DNA from: Eledone cirrhosa
Taxonomy: Eukaryota
DNA length: 64,000 nucleotides
Direction of reading: 5' to 3'
Assembly (NCBI GenBank): GCA_964016885.1
Contig: CAXHJY010000340.1
Coordinates: forward strand, 1 to 64,000
Both the position numbers and the translations under genes were made by a program. This document shows positions 1-13,129 of the stretch, piece after piece (position 1 is the stretch's first letter; each line of letters begins with the position of its first letter). Below the pieces are notes generated by a model. That model made no database searches, was not told the origin of the DNA, and worked only from the letters and a program-made list of their open reading frames with translations.

Positions 1-14
1 ATATATATATGGAA

Positions 15-45
<31 letters not shown>

Positions 46-1450
46 ATATATATATATATATAATATTATTTGTACTTATATATACACTGTATTTAATTAT
101 GAACAGGAAAGGTCAGTATTGTTTTATACCACCTTATTACCAGTATGAAAAATAGCTCAATGTCAGATGTCTTACAGAGCAAGAATATAAATTACAGAAT
201 ATTCAAAACTATGTTCAAAACATTTTATTGCTGACAATCGTTTCTTCCAAACTTTCGTTTGAATCATCGGAACATTAGCAAAGTTTAGACATATAATTAA
301 CCTCCTATCCACAGAACAATCGTAAAGACACGTAGATATTACTGTTGTCACTAACGGTGTCATATTTAAAGAGTGTATATACTTATTTCTATCTTTCAAC
401 CAATATATTTCTCCCTCATTTCCCCCCCCCCCCCCACACACACTCTCTCTCCCCCTCTCTCTATGACCAGAGTCTTTTCCACTCATTCCAACAACCATTT
501 GCGGTATTCTTATACATTCAAATGAATTGAAATGAAAGCCCATGCCCACAACCCCTTTTTACTTTAATACTATCCCCAGACTTCCTTATAGCAATTATAA
601 GTGTCCACATACTCACTGCTTCTTTTACCATGTTATCTCCTCCACCGCACCCAAGAAAACAAAACCGCCACTCTTATCCTGCACCGCCATCTTTGTTTCA
701 TCGATAGACAATTTCCCATCCTTTTCAACAAAGCATTCAATCGCCATTACATATCTCTTTAGAGTTTCGTAATTTTCCTTAACTATTCCCACTCTAATAA
801 ACATCAGTTTGTCATCATATGTCTCTTCCATTATCTCTCTCCTCTGGACTTTGACCAAATACCAGGACCTTTAATTACCAGCATCCCTCATACCGGCGAA
901 GCCATTTGCCAATTATAAGCTGCAGCAAGGAAGGCACTGGGGAAAGGTGATGACATAATGAAATCAAGAATTAAATAGAACTGATGTAATGAGGAAATAT
1001 ATACAATGCTGTTTGTAGAATAAAGATGATGGCAAATGATTTATAGTTTAACAAGAGAACAGGAAAAACTATTATGAATGTCAGTTATTCTTTGCTATAT
1101 GATATATGTATCGTATTTGATGTCCCATAAACCAGCAGCACACAACGGTTTTCCTGTCTACATAAAATATATATATATTCAGTTACAGCAACATCATGTT
1201 ATTTCCGTATGTTCTTTATGCATCTACATCATATAGATATGCGTGTGTGTGTATGTGTGTGTGTATTTGTGTATATGTGTGTGTGTGTGTGAATGTGCGT
1301 GTGTGAATGTGTGTAACTTTTTTTATATTTGTTTTTGTAGAGATCAACTTCAGAGTTTAAAACGTAACTCCTTGTTATTTATGATACATCTCTATCTGTC
1401 TGACTGTCTACTCACTGCTCTCTCCCCTTTCTCTCTCTCTCTCTGTCTCG

Positions 1451-1562
<112 letters not shown>

Positions 1563-1690
1563 ACAGGGAGAAAGAGACGATTATGAGGGAGGAAAATATA
1601 TTTTTTTCCTTTTTACTATTATATATATATAATATATATATATATATTATATAATATTAATATATATTATTATATATTAAAATATATTAA

Positions 1691-1760
<70 letters not shown>

Positions 1761-1771
1761 ATATATATATG

Positions 1772-1879
<108 letters not shown>

Positions 1880-2180
1880 TTATTTGTGGTTGAGGGTTGG
1901 TGAAATAACTTAATGCCACTACAGGAATTGAAGATTCAAGAGCGAAACATTTTTTTTTGTCATTTGAATTTGGCAAAGCCGGCCATTTGCCGCCCGTATA
2001 CAGGAAACTAACTGGCCAGTCTGCTGATATGCAAGTCTGGCTGGTCAGTGGATCTGCTAATATGCAAATCTGACTAATCAGCCAGTCTGCTAATTTGCAA
2101 ATCAGGCCGATCAGTCACTGTGTATTTTTGAAAATAGCATATATTTTCACTAGCTCTGACAGTTTGGCAGGTGAACAGTA

Positions 2181-2228
2181 AGCTGTACTGATGAAGGGTG
2201 ATACCCAGAAACATTAGTGTCTGCAGTT
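2181..2228 (+). ncRNA. Type I hammerhead ribozyme motif (PLE pseudo-LTR family H)
   Basis: Stem I AGCTGTA/TGCAGTT, core CTGATGA (2188), stem II GGGT-gat-ACCC, GAAA (2208), stem III ACA-ttag-TGT, GUC cleavage triplet. Inverted copy at 2951-2998 (-). Confidence 0.8.
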
Positions 2229-2366
2229 CTGTTCCCATGCCGACACAAGAGTAAGAATGAAGTGTTCATTCTACTGACATGGCTATAAAATTAAGGCTTG
2301 TTTGCATAATTGCAAACGAATCGAATGTTATTATTAATATTCGAAAACCTCAGATTACATTTATTG

Positions 2367-2422
<56 letters not shown>

Positions 2423-2423
2423 A

Positions 2424-2743
2424 TAATATAAGATCAAAAGATGGTTAAAAGAGTTCCAAGTATTTTATTATGCGCATTTCAAAAACAAATATCATCATGG
2501 GATGATATCTGCGTTTTCATCAGATAAAATAGGGATACGTGATATGAAGCTTAAAAAACACTTGTGAATAGTGAAGTTTTAAATCAACATATCATTATTC
2601 ACAACTGTTTTTTAAGCTTCATATCATGTATCCCTATTTTATCTGATGAAAACGCAGATATCATCCCATGATGATATTTGTTTTTGAAATGCGCATAATA
2701 AAATACTTAGAACTCTTTTAACCATCTTTTGATCTTATATTAT
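2424..2743. mobile_element. Solo PLE pseudo-LTR foldback (family C) with HHR on both strands
   Basis: ~150-bp inverted arms around a ~20-bp spacer, flanked by (TA)n. Same family at 44335-44620 and 58793-58990. Confidence 0.8.
2635..2705 (+). ncRNA. Type I hammerhead ribozyme motif (family C)
   Basis: Stem I TATTTTAT/ATAAAATA, CTGATGA (2643), long stem II, GAAA (2686), palindromic loop TGCGCA, then TA. Antisense copies at 2461-2531 and 58831-58899. Confidence 0.85.
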
Positions 2744-3127
2744 ATATATATATATATATATTTATTAAATAACAGATTATTATTACTATATATATATATA
2801 TATATATCCATCCAATAAATGTAATATGAGGTTTTCGAATATTAATAATAACATTTGATTCATTTGCAATTATGCAAACAAACCTTAATTGTGTAGCCAT
2901 GTCAGTAGAATGAACACTTCATTCGTACTCTTGTGTCGGCATGGGAACAGAACTGCAGACACTAATGTTTCTGGGTATCACCCTTCATCAGTACAGCTCA
3001 CTGTTCACCTGCCAAACTGTCAGAGCTAGTGAAAATATATGCTATTTTCAAAAATATATATATATATATTATATTATATATATATATATTATATATATAT
3101 ATATATATTATATATATATATATATAT

Positions 3128-3159
<32 letters not shown>

Positions 3160-3620
3160 CTATTATATATATATAATATATATAATATATATATATATAA
3201 ATAATATATATATATATAATATATATAAATATAATATATATATATATATAATATATATATAATATATATAATATATGTATATATATATAACATATATATA
3301 TATAACATATATAATATATATATATGTAATATATATAATATATATATATATAATATATATAATATATATACGATATTAAATAAATGGAAACTATATTTAT
3401 AAAACCATATTTATTTCATTATACATATTTCAGGGATACCAAATTAAAATATGGTATGCCTTCATCAGACAAAATACAATATATAAACAGTTTTATAAAT
3501 AATTTTGACGTACTGTATTAGTTGCAACCATTATTTTTGGAAGCTGTCTGGATAGTGAGATGTTTATAATTATTTTATTAGTTATAGTATTAAGCACAGT
3601 TAGAAAAAGACGGAGAGAAA

Positions 3621-5258
3621 TTGCACCATCTAAATCTGACCTGGGAAAACTTAGCAAAAACATTCTAGACAGGGTAATACAAGAAATTAAAAACTTACAT
3701 AATTTACCTTACTTAAAGTTATGGAAGGGGGCTGGTGAGGTTATTGAGTGGTTTAAAGAAATTAAATATAACTATAATAATAAGTTTATTCAGCTGGATA
3801 TTGCTAACTACTATTCATCTAACACTCCTAATTTACGGAATATGGCACTAAATTACGCATTTAAACATTCTGACCTAACTAGCAATGAAATGCACATTAT
3901 ATTATCGGCAAGGAAAACATTGATAGAATTTAATAACCAACTATGGACTAGGGCAGATAGAGATAATAATTTCGACATAACTATGGGATCATCAGACTCA
4001 GCTCAGATAATGGACCTTGTGGGCCTATTTATAATTAATTCGCTACATAGAAAAATACCAGGTGTAACCGGAGGATTATATCGTGATGACATGCTTTTAC
4101 TTATTGAAAATAATAGCTGTGAACTAAATAGAAAAAGAAAACAAATTATACAATTTTTTAATTACCTTAATCTAAAAATAGAAATAGAGAATAACCATAG
4201 AATAGTCAATTTTCTGGATGTAACACTAAATCTCAACACATGTCTTCATTATCTATTTCACAAACTAAATGAGAACTTGAATTATGTCAATTTTAACTCT
4301 AATCACCCCAGATCTGTTAAAAATACTATAGTGAACTCTGTTCAAGAACGAATTTCAAGAATTTCATCTAATAAAAATATTCTTGATGAAAAAGCGCAGT
4401 ATTACAATGAAGCGTTAGCTAGAGCAGGATATAGAGATAAAATTAAATACATCGATAATAATAATAAGCAAACTAACCAAAATAATAACAATTTTAATTA
4501 CGGTAACAACTTTAACAACTATAATAGAAAACATTACAATAATTCCAAAAGCCGAAAAAGAAATAGAACTAAAAATATATTATGGTTGCCCCCCCCCCCC
4601 TCCTTTCTCACTAAATATTAAAACACATATTGCTAAACTATTCTTTAATGCTCTTGACAAACGCTTCCCTAGAACACATAAATATTACTCAATTTTTAAT
4701 AGACACACTATAAAATTAACTTACTCGTCCACCAAAAATTTAGCACAAAATATTAACAGAATTAATAACAGGAATTTAAAACCTAACCAAAATACCAATA
4801 ATAACCCAAACAATATTCAATTAAATAACTGTAACTGTAGAAATAAATCTAACTGTCCGTTAAATAACAACTGCTTAGCTAAAAATGTAGTGTACAATTG
4901 TAATGTTAAAACTAATTTAAATTCTTTCAACGATGTTGGTTCCACCTCGACAGAATTTAAACTTCGCTTCAATAATCATAAGAATTCTTTCACAGATCCA
5001 AACAAAAAATCCTCAACTTCGCTATCTAGCCTACTCTGGCACCTTAAACGAGATAATATTAAATATTCGATGATTTGGAATATTGTCTCAAAAGGTACCC
5101 CTTTTAATTCCTCATCAGAGAGTTGTGATCTTTGTATAGAGGAAATATTCTTTATATTAAAGTCCAAAAATTCCCTTAATTTAAGGAGCAATTTATTCAG
5201 TTGCTGCAGACATAGATTGAACTCAACGTTTAAATATAATTATAAACTTAAAATGTAG
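3621..5258 (+). pseudogene. PLE reverse transcriptase + GIY-YIG endonuclease (frameshifted in the C-run ~4590-4600)
   Basis: Motifs QLDIANYY, MGSSDSAQ, LYRDD, FLDVT, SNHP, W.PP, CNC..CPL..C, VVY...(Y>D)VG, R..NH, CDLC.EE, LN. Confidence 0.9.
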
Positions 5259-5276
5259 TATTATTAATTAAGAAAT

Positions 5277-5466
5277 CGTGGATGTGGATTGGCAGTATCG
5301 GTAGAGAGTCGGACGCCATGCAATCCAGCATAGTTACGTCCTCCCTTTACAGTCTGAGTTCAAATCCCGCCGAGGTTAACTTTGCCTTTCATCCTTACGG
5401 GGTCGATAAAATAAAGTACCACTAATGTACTGGGTAATTGATGGCCTTGTGCCAAAAGTAGAAACA
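5277..5466 (+). mobile_element. tRNA-derived SINE with Nin/Deu-like core, 17-bp TSD
   Basis: Box A TGGCAGTATCGG, box B GAGTTCAAATC, core GCCTTTCATCC..GGGGTCGATAAAATAAAGTACC. TSD ATTATTAATTAAGAAAT at 5260-5276 and 5467-5483. Inserted in the PLE 3' UTR. Confidence 0.9.
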
Positions 5467-6927
5467 ATTATTAATTAAGAAATTTAGTTAATATGTGAAA
5501 CCTGACGATAAATCATTAGATTCCTTCACCTTTTTCACTTTAAATTTTCTTCCTAAATATAAACAGGGATATGATAAACTACTCTAAAATGTATATGCTC
5601 CCAATGTATTAAATAAAATATACGTAAGATAAATTTCTATACTAAATATAAGGGTATCCGTAGAATCACTGGGTCTTCTAAAAAATGTTTAAATTATTTT
5701 TATTTTTTATTTGTTTTGACTCTTATAGCTTCTAATAACTTTCATATGTCTACCCTTGCAATATCTTGTTTGAGATATAGGTAGGATAGATTTCTATAAT
5801 AAATATATAAAACATATTATTTTAACTTGAGATAATCTATAGTGTTTTAGAGATATTTAATGATTTGATATTTCTATATTAACATATTGATATTTGATTA
5901 TCTCTATACAAAGGCCATATGTGTGTATTAACATGCATATAAAAGTTTTATAGGGTTTATTTATGCGTTTGTATGTATGTCTGTATATATGCATAACGAT
6001 GCTGGAAGACTCACGCAGATATTTATTTATACATATGTATGTGTATATATGGTTGTGTGTGTATATGTTGATGTGTGTTGCAGATATGCATAATATTAAA
6101 TACATGAACGGTAATCATATATATGAGGACATGAATATTAATCGTATTTTTATGTATATATACTGCGAAAAATGTTTATAACACAAGAAATGTATAGAAG
6201 GAATCAAGTGAAATCATTTGTGTGTCTATATTATTGACTGGAGTAGACATAGTTTTATTTTTATTTTATTGTTACATATGTGTGTATATATATATACATA
6301 TATGTATCCGTATTTTTATAAATAGGGTATTTTTTGAAGGTTTTAACTCAGATTTTGGTATTTTGACCTCAAGGTGTTAAACTAAACATATGGTCATTAT
6401 TGAACAATGTTATTTTCTCACATTATATATCTATGTCCCATTCATGAATATTGATATTTACATTTTTATTATTCATTTCATATGAATTGTTAACTCAACT
6501 TAAGATGACATGACGTAAAGTTGTCACTATATCCTCCCTATCTCTATATAGTATTTCCTCTCTCTTGAGTTTCTCTATCTGTATGATGAATTATTATCTC
6601 TCTGTTGCTTTCTTTTGTTTTTTCTTATTTCTTCCTTTTCTCTTTCTTTTTTATTTTTTAATTTCCTACAATCTATTTATATCATTCGTTTCTACGTACA
6701 TTTTACTCTCTCTCCGGTATTTCTCCAGGCTTTCTCTCTCTCCTTATTTTTCTCTCTCCTCATTTTTCTCTCTTCTTATCTCTCTCCGTTTTTTCTTTCT
6801 CTCCGTTTTTTTCTAACTGTGCTTAACACTATAACTAATAAAATAGTTATAAACATCTCACTATCCAGACAGCTTCCAAAAATAATGGTTGCAACTAATA
6901 GGGTACGTCAAAATTGTTTATATATTG

Positions 6928-6992
6928 TATTTTGTCTGATGAAGGCATACCATATTTTAATTTGGTATCCCTGAAATATGTATAATGAAATA
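6928..6992 (+). ncRNA. Type I hammerhead ribozyme motif (family B)
   Basis: TATTTTGT/ATGAAATA stem I, CTGATGA (6936), stem II AGG.ATACCA/TGGTAT.CCT, GAAA, loop TATGTA (TATATA in other copies), then TA. Copies at 3412-3476(-), 34961-35025(+), 49746-49811(+), 49525-49590(-). Confidence 0.85.
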
Positions 6993-7127
6993 AATATGGT
7001 TTTATAAATATAGTTTCCATTTATTTAATATAGTATATCTACTCCAAAAACTTGTCGAGTGCTTTATATCAGTTATAAAATATTTACTTGTTGTATCCCA
7101 ACCATTTTAAATAGAACTCTTGCAGAT

Positions 7128-7389
7128 AATATATATGTATATATATATAATATATATAATATATATATATAAATATAATATATATATATAAAATATATAT
7201 ATATATATATAATATATATATATATATAATATATATAATATATATATATAATATATATATATATAAATATAATATATATATATATAATATATATATATAT
7301 ATAATATATATATATATAATATATAATATATATATATATAATATATATATAATATATATATATATATAATATATATATGTATAATATAT

Positions 7390-7423
<34 letters not shown>

Positions 7424-7534
7424 ATATATATATATATATAATATATATATGTATAATATATATATATATATTTAATATATATATAATATATATATGTATA
7501 ATATATATATATATAATATATATATATATAATAT

Positions 7535-7577
<43 letters not shown>

Positions 7578-7819
7578 TATATATATATAATATATATATG
7601 TATAATATATATATATATATAATATATATATATAATATATATATGTATAATATATATATATATATAATATATATATAATATATATATATATAATATATAT
7701 ATATAATATATATATATATAATATATATATATATACATAATATATATATATAATATATATATGTATAATATATATATTATATATATATATATATGTTATA
7801 CATATATATATTATATATA

Positions 7820-7859
<40 letters not shown>

Positions 7860-7972
7860 TATATATATAATGTATATAATATATATATATAATATATATA
7901 TAATATATATATATATAATATATATAATATATATATATATAATATATATATATATATATAATATACATATAT
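7128..7972. repeat. Interrupted (TA)n microsatellite array
   Basis: Near-pure TA with periodic AA interruptions. Confidence 0.95.
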
Positions 7973-8160
7973 AATTGTTTCTACTTTAGGCACAAGGCCA
8001 GCAATTACCATGTGCATTACTGGTACTTTATTTTATCGACCCCGTAAGGATGAAAGGCAAAGTTAACCTCGGCGGGATTTGAACTCAGATCGTAAAGGGA
8101 CATAACTATGCTGGAAAGCATGGCATCCGACCCTGTACCGATACTGCCAATCCACTGCCC
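7973..8160 (-). mobile_element. tRNA-derived SINE (same family as 5277)
   Basis: Reverse complement of the family consensus, boxes A and B present. Confidence 0.9.
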
Positions 8161-9406
8161 TATTATAATATATATATATATAATGTATATAATATATATA
8201 TATATAATATATATAATATATATATATATATATAATATATATAATATATATATAATATATATATATATATAATATATATATATAATATATATATATATGA
8301 TATATATAATATATATATATATATATAATATAGGAACCAGTAAGACCCCGACAGCTGAGCTCAAGCCGTTTCGACGGCTAATTCTGGACTAAATGAAAAT
8401 TTATCCTGGTATTTAAATAGCCGATCTTCTCAAGGGGTAATTCCATATATGGTCAAAGTGATTGTCAAAAATCAGTAGTAATTCTGTGGTTGCAAATTAG
8501 TAGGGGAGATGGTGGCTAAACCTGCCAGTAGGAGAAAGAGGGGAGGGGGTGGAGTAGCCCCAATTAAGCGTTTGTAGTGCCAGCTACAGCTGGGCATGAG
8601 GTCAAAGAAGATACAGGGGAGGGGGAGGGGGGGAGGAAGTCGGAACGGTAGGTAGAACAATGGGGGGTAGAAATAATACTGAGAGTGAAGAAAAGCAAAT
8701 AAGTGTACAGAAAAACAAATGAGTGTAAAGAAAAAAGTAAAGTAAATTAAATTCTACGACCTAGGTCTCTAGCTATTGTTAGTCTAGAAAAAATAAATAA
8801 AGAAAGAAAGAAAGAAGTAAAGAAAGAAATAAAGAAATAACGAAATAAGTAAAAGAACTAGGTGGGACGTTATAGGCGAGGACCTTTTAAGAGGTATAAG
8901 TACGTAAATGATACGGTGACGGGTCAACAAAAGGGGCCAAAATACTAAAGAGACTACCACGAAATAAACAATAAAGGTTTCCATCCCGGGCACAATTCCG
9001 GCAACCACCCAGTGCAGCAAAGTGAACTAATACGAGATAATAATTCTGAGTCCCGAGAAAAATATATACTAATGCTAACTCTAAAAGATCTAAAACAAGC
9101 TACATGAAAGTTCGTACGAAGTAAAAGTAGAATACGGAAGAATAAATTCAGAATCCACCCCGCCCAAAAGAAAAGCGAAGAAAGAAATACTGAAACGAAA
9201 AAATAAGGCATAAGTGCCACTAAGAAATATAGAGGGCACAGAGAGTAGTGGGAGCGGTCGGAAAAAGGGGACAAGTATCCGGGGTCTAAACCAACTGCTA
9301 TAAAGGGCGGAGTCCGCCAAATCTATCCTAGACTAGGGGAGGGGGTGGGGGTACTAAGGCTACAAGGGGCCAAAGGGCAGCCTCGGGTGGGCGAGAAAAG
9401 ACGCGA

Positions 9407-11559
9407 AAACACAACATTGACTTCTCTACCAAGAACATCCCAATCCCACCGAAAAAACTTTACCTTCGGATGCTCACGCAAAAAATCGATCTATTTGCGA
9501 AAAGACTTAGATGGAGAACTTTTTTCTATGACAGATATTGCGACAACCAAGACTTCGGCACCAAGGAGAGATTCGGATTTATTACCTACAAATCTCCGCC
9601 CCTGAACCCCTTGCTCGCAGCCTTCGAGAATGACCTCTTCCAACTGGTCAAGAACATTAAATTTAAACCCAGACACAACCGATTCCTACAAAAACTCCGT
9701 AGCAACCTAACAGAGTATGATAACACAAATGACATCATGGTGCATTCGGATAAAATTGGGAACCTATACTTTGTCAACCCTGACAGATACCACACACTGA
9801 TCAGGAGCAGCCTAAACTCCACCTATAAAAAGGCCAACCACTCTTGCATCGAGGACATAATCGAGATGGACAACAAATCACCTCCAGCCTCGGGGTCGCC
9901 GACCGCACGGAACCTCTAGACCCACGGACACCATACTTCACACTGAAGGACCATAAATCCGATTTTGACTGTAAACCCTCTATCAGACTTATTAACCCAA
10001 CGAAGTCCGACATAGGGAGAATCAGCAAAAAAATCCTAGACCGCGTGATACCAAAAGTCAAGCAACATTCCCGACTTAGCCTATGGATCAACACCCAGGA
10101 AGTAATCTCCTGGTTCAGCAATATGGAGGATAAACGAGAAACTAAATTCATACAGTTCGACATAGAGAGCTACTATGCTTCAATCACCTTACCGCTACTT
10201 ACTGCCGCCTTGGACTTCGCCGAAACACTTGTGCCCATCACCGACCAGGAAAGAAAAATCATCCTCCACGCCAGGAAGACAGTCTTACTCTTTGACGACT
10301 CTAAATGGATAAAAAGAGCTCCCGACTCACCCTTCGACGTCAGCATGGGCGCCACGGATTCGGCGGAGGTCACAGATCTTATAGGATTATTCCTAATAGC
10401 CAAACTCACTGATATGTTTCCTGCATTCGGTGGTGGATTGTACCGTGATGATGGGCTCCTTACCCTTAAAGGGTACAACACCAGTAGTACAGATCGGGTC
10501 CGGAAACAATTAATCAGATTCTTCCGCGACTGGGGATTTAAAATAACCCTACAAACGTCCCTGACCCGAGTAAACTTCCTGGACGTGACCCTCGACCTAG
10601 AAAACGACCTGTACTACCCATACAGGAAACCTAATGACAATCTGCACTACATCCACCGCCGATCAAACCATCCTAGGAACATCACAAACAACCTGGTCAA
10701 AAACATCTCTCTCCGCATATCCCGTTTGTCAGCTAATGAGCGGATATTCGATGAACATGCGCCTTATTACAACCAGGCCCTCAGGCGGAGTGGTTTCCGG
10801 GAGGAAATATCCTACTGTCCAGCTCCCATTAGCGGAACCAGCAGGAGACACCGCCGCTCACGCAATGTAACATGGTTCAATCCTCCCCACAACGCAGAGG
10901 TGACAACTCCCATCGGGAAACTATTCTTTAGGCTCATTGAAAAACACTTCCCATTACAACTCCGCTACCACAACATAATTAACAAAAATACCATCAAACT
11001 CTCCTACAGCACTACACCAAACTTCGCACAAAACATCGTCTCCTCTAACAACAAAAAACTCAACCCCGATGGCAGAAATAACCTAAATAGCAGTGGAGAA
11101 CCGACCAGGAGGTGTAACTGCCCGGATAGATCTATTTGCCCACTCGACAATAGATGCAGAGACCGTAATGTGATCTACCAGTGCAACGTGAGGACGGATA
11201 CCTCCAACAAAGCCTATATAGGACTTACCGCATGTGACTTCAAGACCCGGCTATACCAACATAGACATACCTTCCGAAACCCGGCCCGGCGTCACGCCAC
11301 TACACTTTCGGGCCACATATGGGACCTCAAGGACAATAACATCACCTATGATCTCACTTGGAGATTACTGTCCAGAGCCAATTCTTACACGGGAGGACGC
11401 CGTCCGTGCAATTTATGCTCGGAGGAAACTTTACAAATGCTGTTTTCGACGGACCAACTTCTAAACACGAAAGATGAACTGGTTACTGCATGTAAACATA
11501 GATTGCGTAGGACTTACCTCGCCCTCAAACCCCATAGTGACCCGGGGGGGGGGGGGTAG
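9407..11559 (+). CDS. PLE polyprotein: RT + Cys-rich linker + GIY-YIG endonuclease, one frameshift at ~9872
   Basis: N-terminal FSTKNIPIP..KRLRW in the 9470 frame joins the 9844 frame: QFDIESYY, MGATDSAE, LYRDD, FLDVT, YRKP..SNHP, WFNPP, CNC..CPL..C, VIY..YIG, KTRLYQH, CNLCSEE, LLN. Confidence 0.9.
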
Positions 11560-12655
11560 ACTAGGGCTATAACACCCCACTTGCCGATTTTGCAATGGGT
11601 AACCCCTGCTTGCCAAGGGAGACGTAAGATCTTCTTTGTATTCTTTTATCGCTTCCTTTATTTCCTTCCCTCCCCCCTCTCTCCTTAGTCCTTCTACCCC
11701 AGCTCTTCTCCTTTGTCGGCGTCTTTTCTCGCCCACCCGAGGCTGCCCTTTGGCCCCTTGTAGCCTTAGTACCCCCACCCCCTCCCCTAGTCTAGGATAG
11801 ATTTGGCGGACTCCGCCCTTTATAGCAGTTGGTTTAGACCCCGGATACTTGTCCCCTTTTTCCGACCGCTCCCACTACTCTCTGTGCCCTCTATATTTCT
11901 TAGTGGCACTTATGCCTTATTTTTTCGCTTTTCTTTTGGGCGGGGTGGATTCTGAATTTATTCTTCCGTATTCTACTTTTACTTCGTACGAACTTTCATG
12001 TAGCTTGTTTTAGATCTATTAGAGTTAGCATTAGTATATATTTTTCTCGGGACTCAGAATTATTATCTCGTATTAGTTCACTTTGCTGCACTGGGTGGTT
12101 GCCGGAATTGTGCCCGGGATGGAAACCTTTATTGTTTATTTCGTGGTAGTCTCTTTAGTATTTTGACCCCTTTTGTTGACCCGTCACCGTATCATTTACG
12201 TACTTATACCTCTTAAAAAGTCCTCGCCTATACCGTCCCACCTAGTTCTTTTACTTATTTCGTTATTTCTTTATTTCTTTCTTTACTTCTTTCTTTCTTT
12301 CTTTATTTATTTTTTCTAGACTAACAATAGCTAGAGACCTAGGTCGTAGAATTTAATTTACTTTACTTTTTTCTTTACACTCATTTGTTTTTGTTTACAC
12401 TTATTTGCTTTTCTTCACTCTTAGTATTATTTCTACCCCCTATTGTTCTACCTACCGTGCCGACTTCCCCCCCACCCCCTGTATCTTCTTTGACCTCATG
12501 CCCAGCTGTAGCTGGCACTACAAACGCTTGATTGGGGCTACTCCACCCCTCCCCTCTTTCTCCTACTGGCAGGTTTAGCCACCATCTCCCCTACTAATTT
12601 GCAACCACAGAATTACTACTGATTTTTGACAATCACTTTGACCATATATGGAATT

Positions 12656-12749
12656 ACCCCTTGAGAAGATCGGCTATTTAAATACCAGGATAAATTTTCA
12701 TTTAGTCCAGAATTAGCCGTCGAAACGGCTTGAGCTCAGCTGTCGGGGT
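12656..12749 (+). ncRNA. Type I hammerhead ribozyme motif with U3-A8 core (family A)
   Basis: Stem I ACCCC/GGGGT, core TTGAGAA, stem II GA(T)CGGCTA/TAGCCGTC, GAAA, stem III ACGGC/GCTGT with palindromic TGAGCTCA loop, GUC triplet. Antisense copy at 8345-8438. Confidence 0.8.
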
Positions 12750-12842
12750 CTTACTGGTTCCTATTACCCACTCTACTACCTCAAGTATTGAGTACTTTGG
12801 TGCGTTATGGTCCACCTGGTTCCTTACCACATTTCCTTCGTT

Positions 12843-13059
12843 ATATATAATATATATATATATATAATATATATATATAATATATATATATATATAATAT
12901 ATATAATATATATATATATATAATATATATATATATAATATATATATATATATATAATATATATAATATATATATATATATAATATATATATATATAATA
13001 TATATATATATATAATATATATAATATATATATATATAATATATATATATATAATATAT

Positions 13060-13093
<34 letters not shown>

Positions 13094-13095
13094 AT

Positions 13096-13129
<34 letters not shown>

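Larger units (their letters stand above)
2125..3055. repeat. Nested inverted repeat: outer pLTR arms (~2125-2368 / ~2812-3055) enclosing a second palindrome
   Basis: 2941-3055 is the reverse complement of 2125-2239, and the match continues to ~2368/2812. The inner family-C palindrome is 2424-2743. Confidence 0.9.
3367..7127 (+). mobile_element. 5'-truncated Penelope-like element with inverted partial pLTR (family B)
   Basis: 3367-3620 is the reverse complement of ~6796-7038. RT+GIY-YIG ORF lies between, with an HHR in the 3' pLTR and (TA)n flanks. Confidence 0.9.
8330..12842 (+). mobile_element. Near full-length Penelope-like element with 1.07-kb inverted pseudo-LTR (family A)
   Basis: 8330-9404 is the reverse complement of 11719-12764 (few indels). 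ORF 9407-11559, ~80-nt 3' tail 12765-12842, (TA)n on both sides. Confidence 0.95.

Noticed and set aside
1925-1965. TGAAGA...GAAACA..TGTC hammerhead-like string
   Set aside because: C3 missing and stem II does not pair; not counted.
5283-5372. tRNA gene (boxes A and B)
   Set aside because: Head of a multi-copy SINE; no acceptor stem or cloverleaf, and followed by the SINE core and tail.
8330-12764. DNA transposon with 1-kb terminal inverted repeats
   Set aside because: The enclosed ORF is RT + GIY-YIG, the right repeat extends into an unpaired tail, and the left arm truncates the ORF start: an inverted PLE pseudo-LTR.
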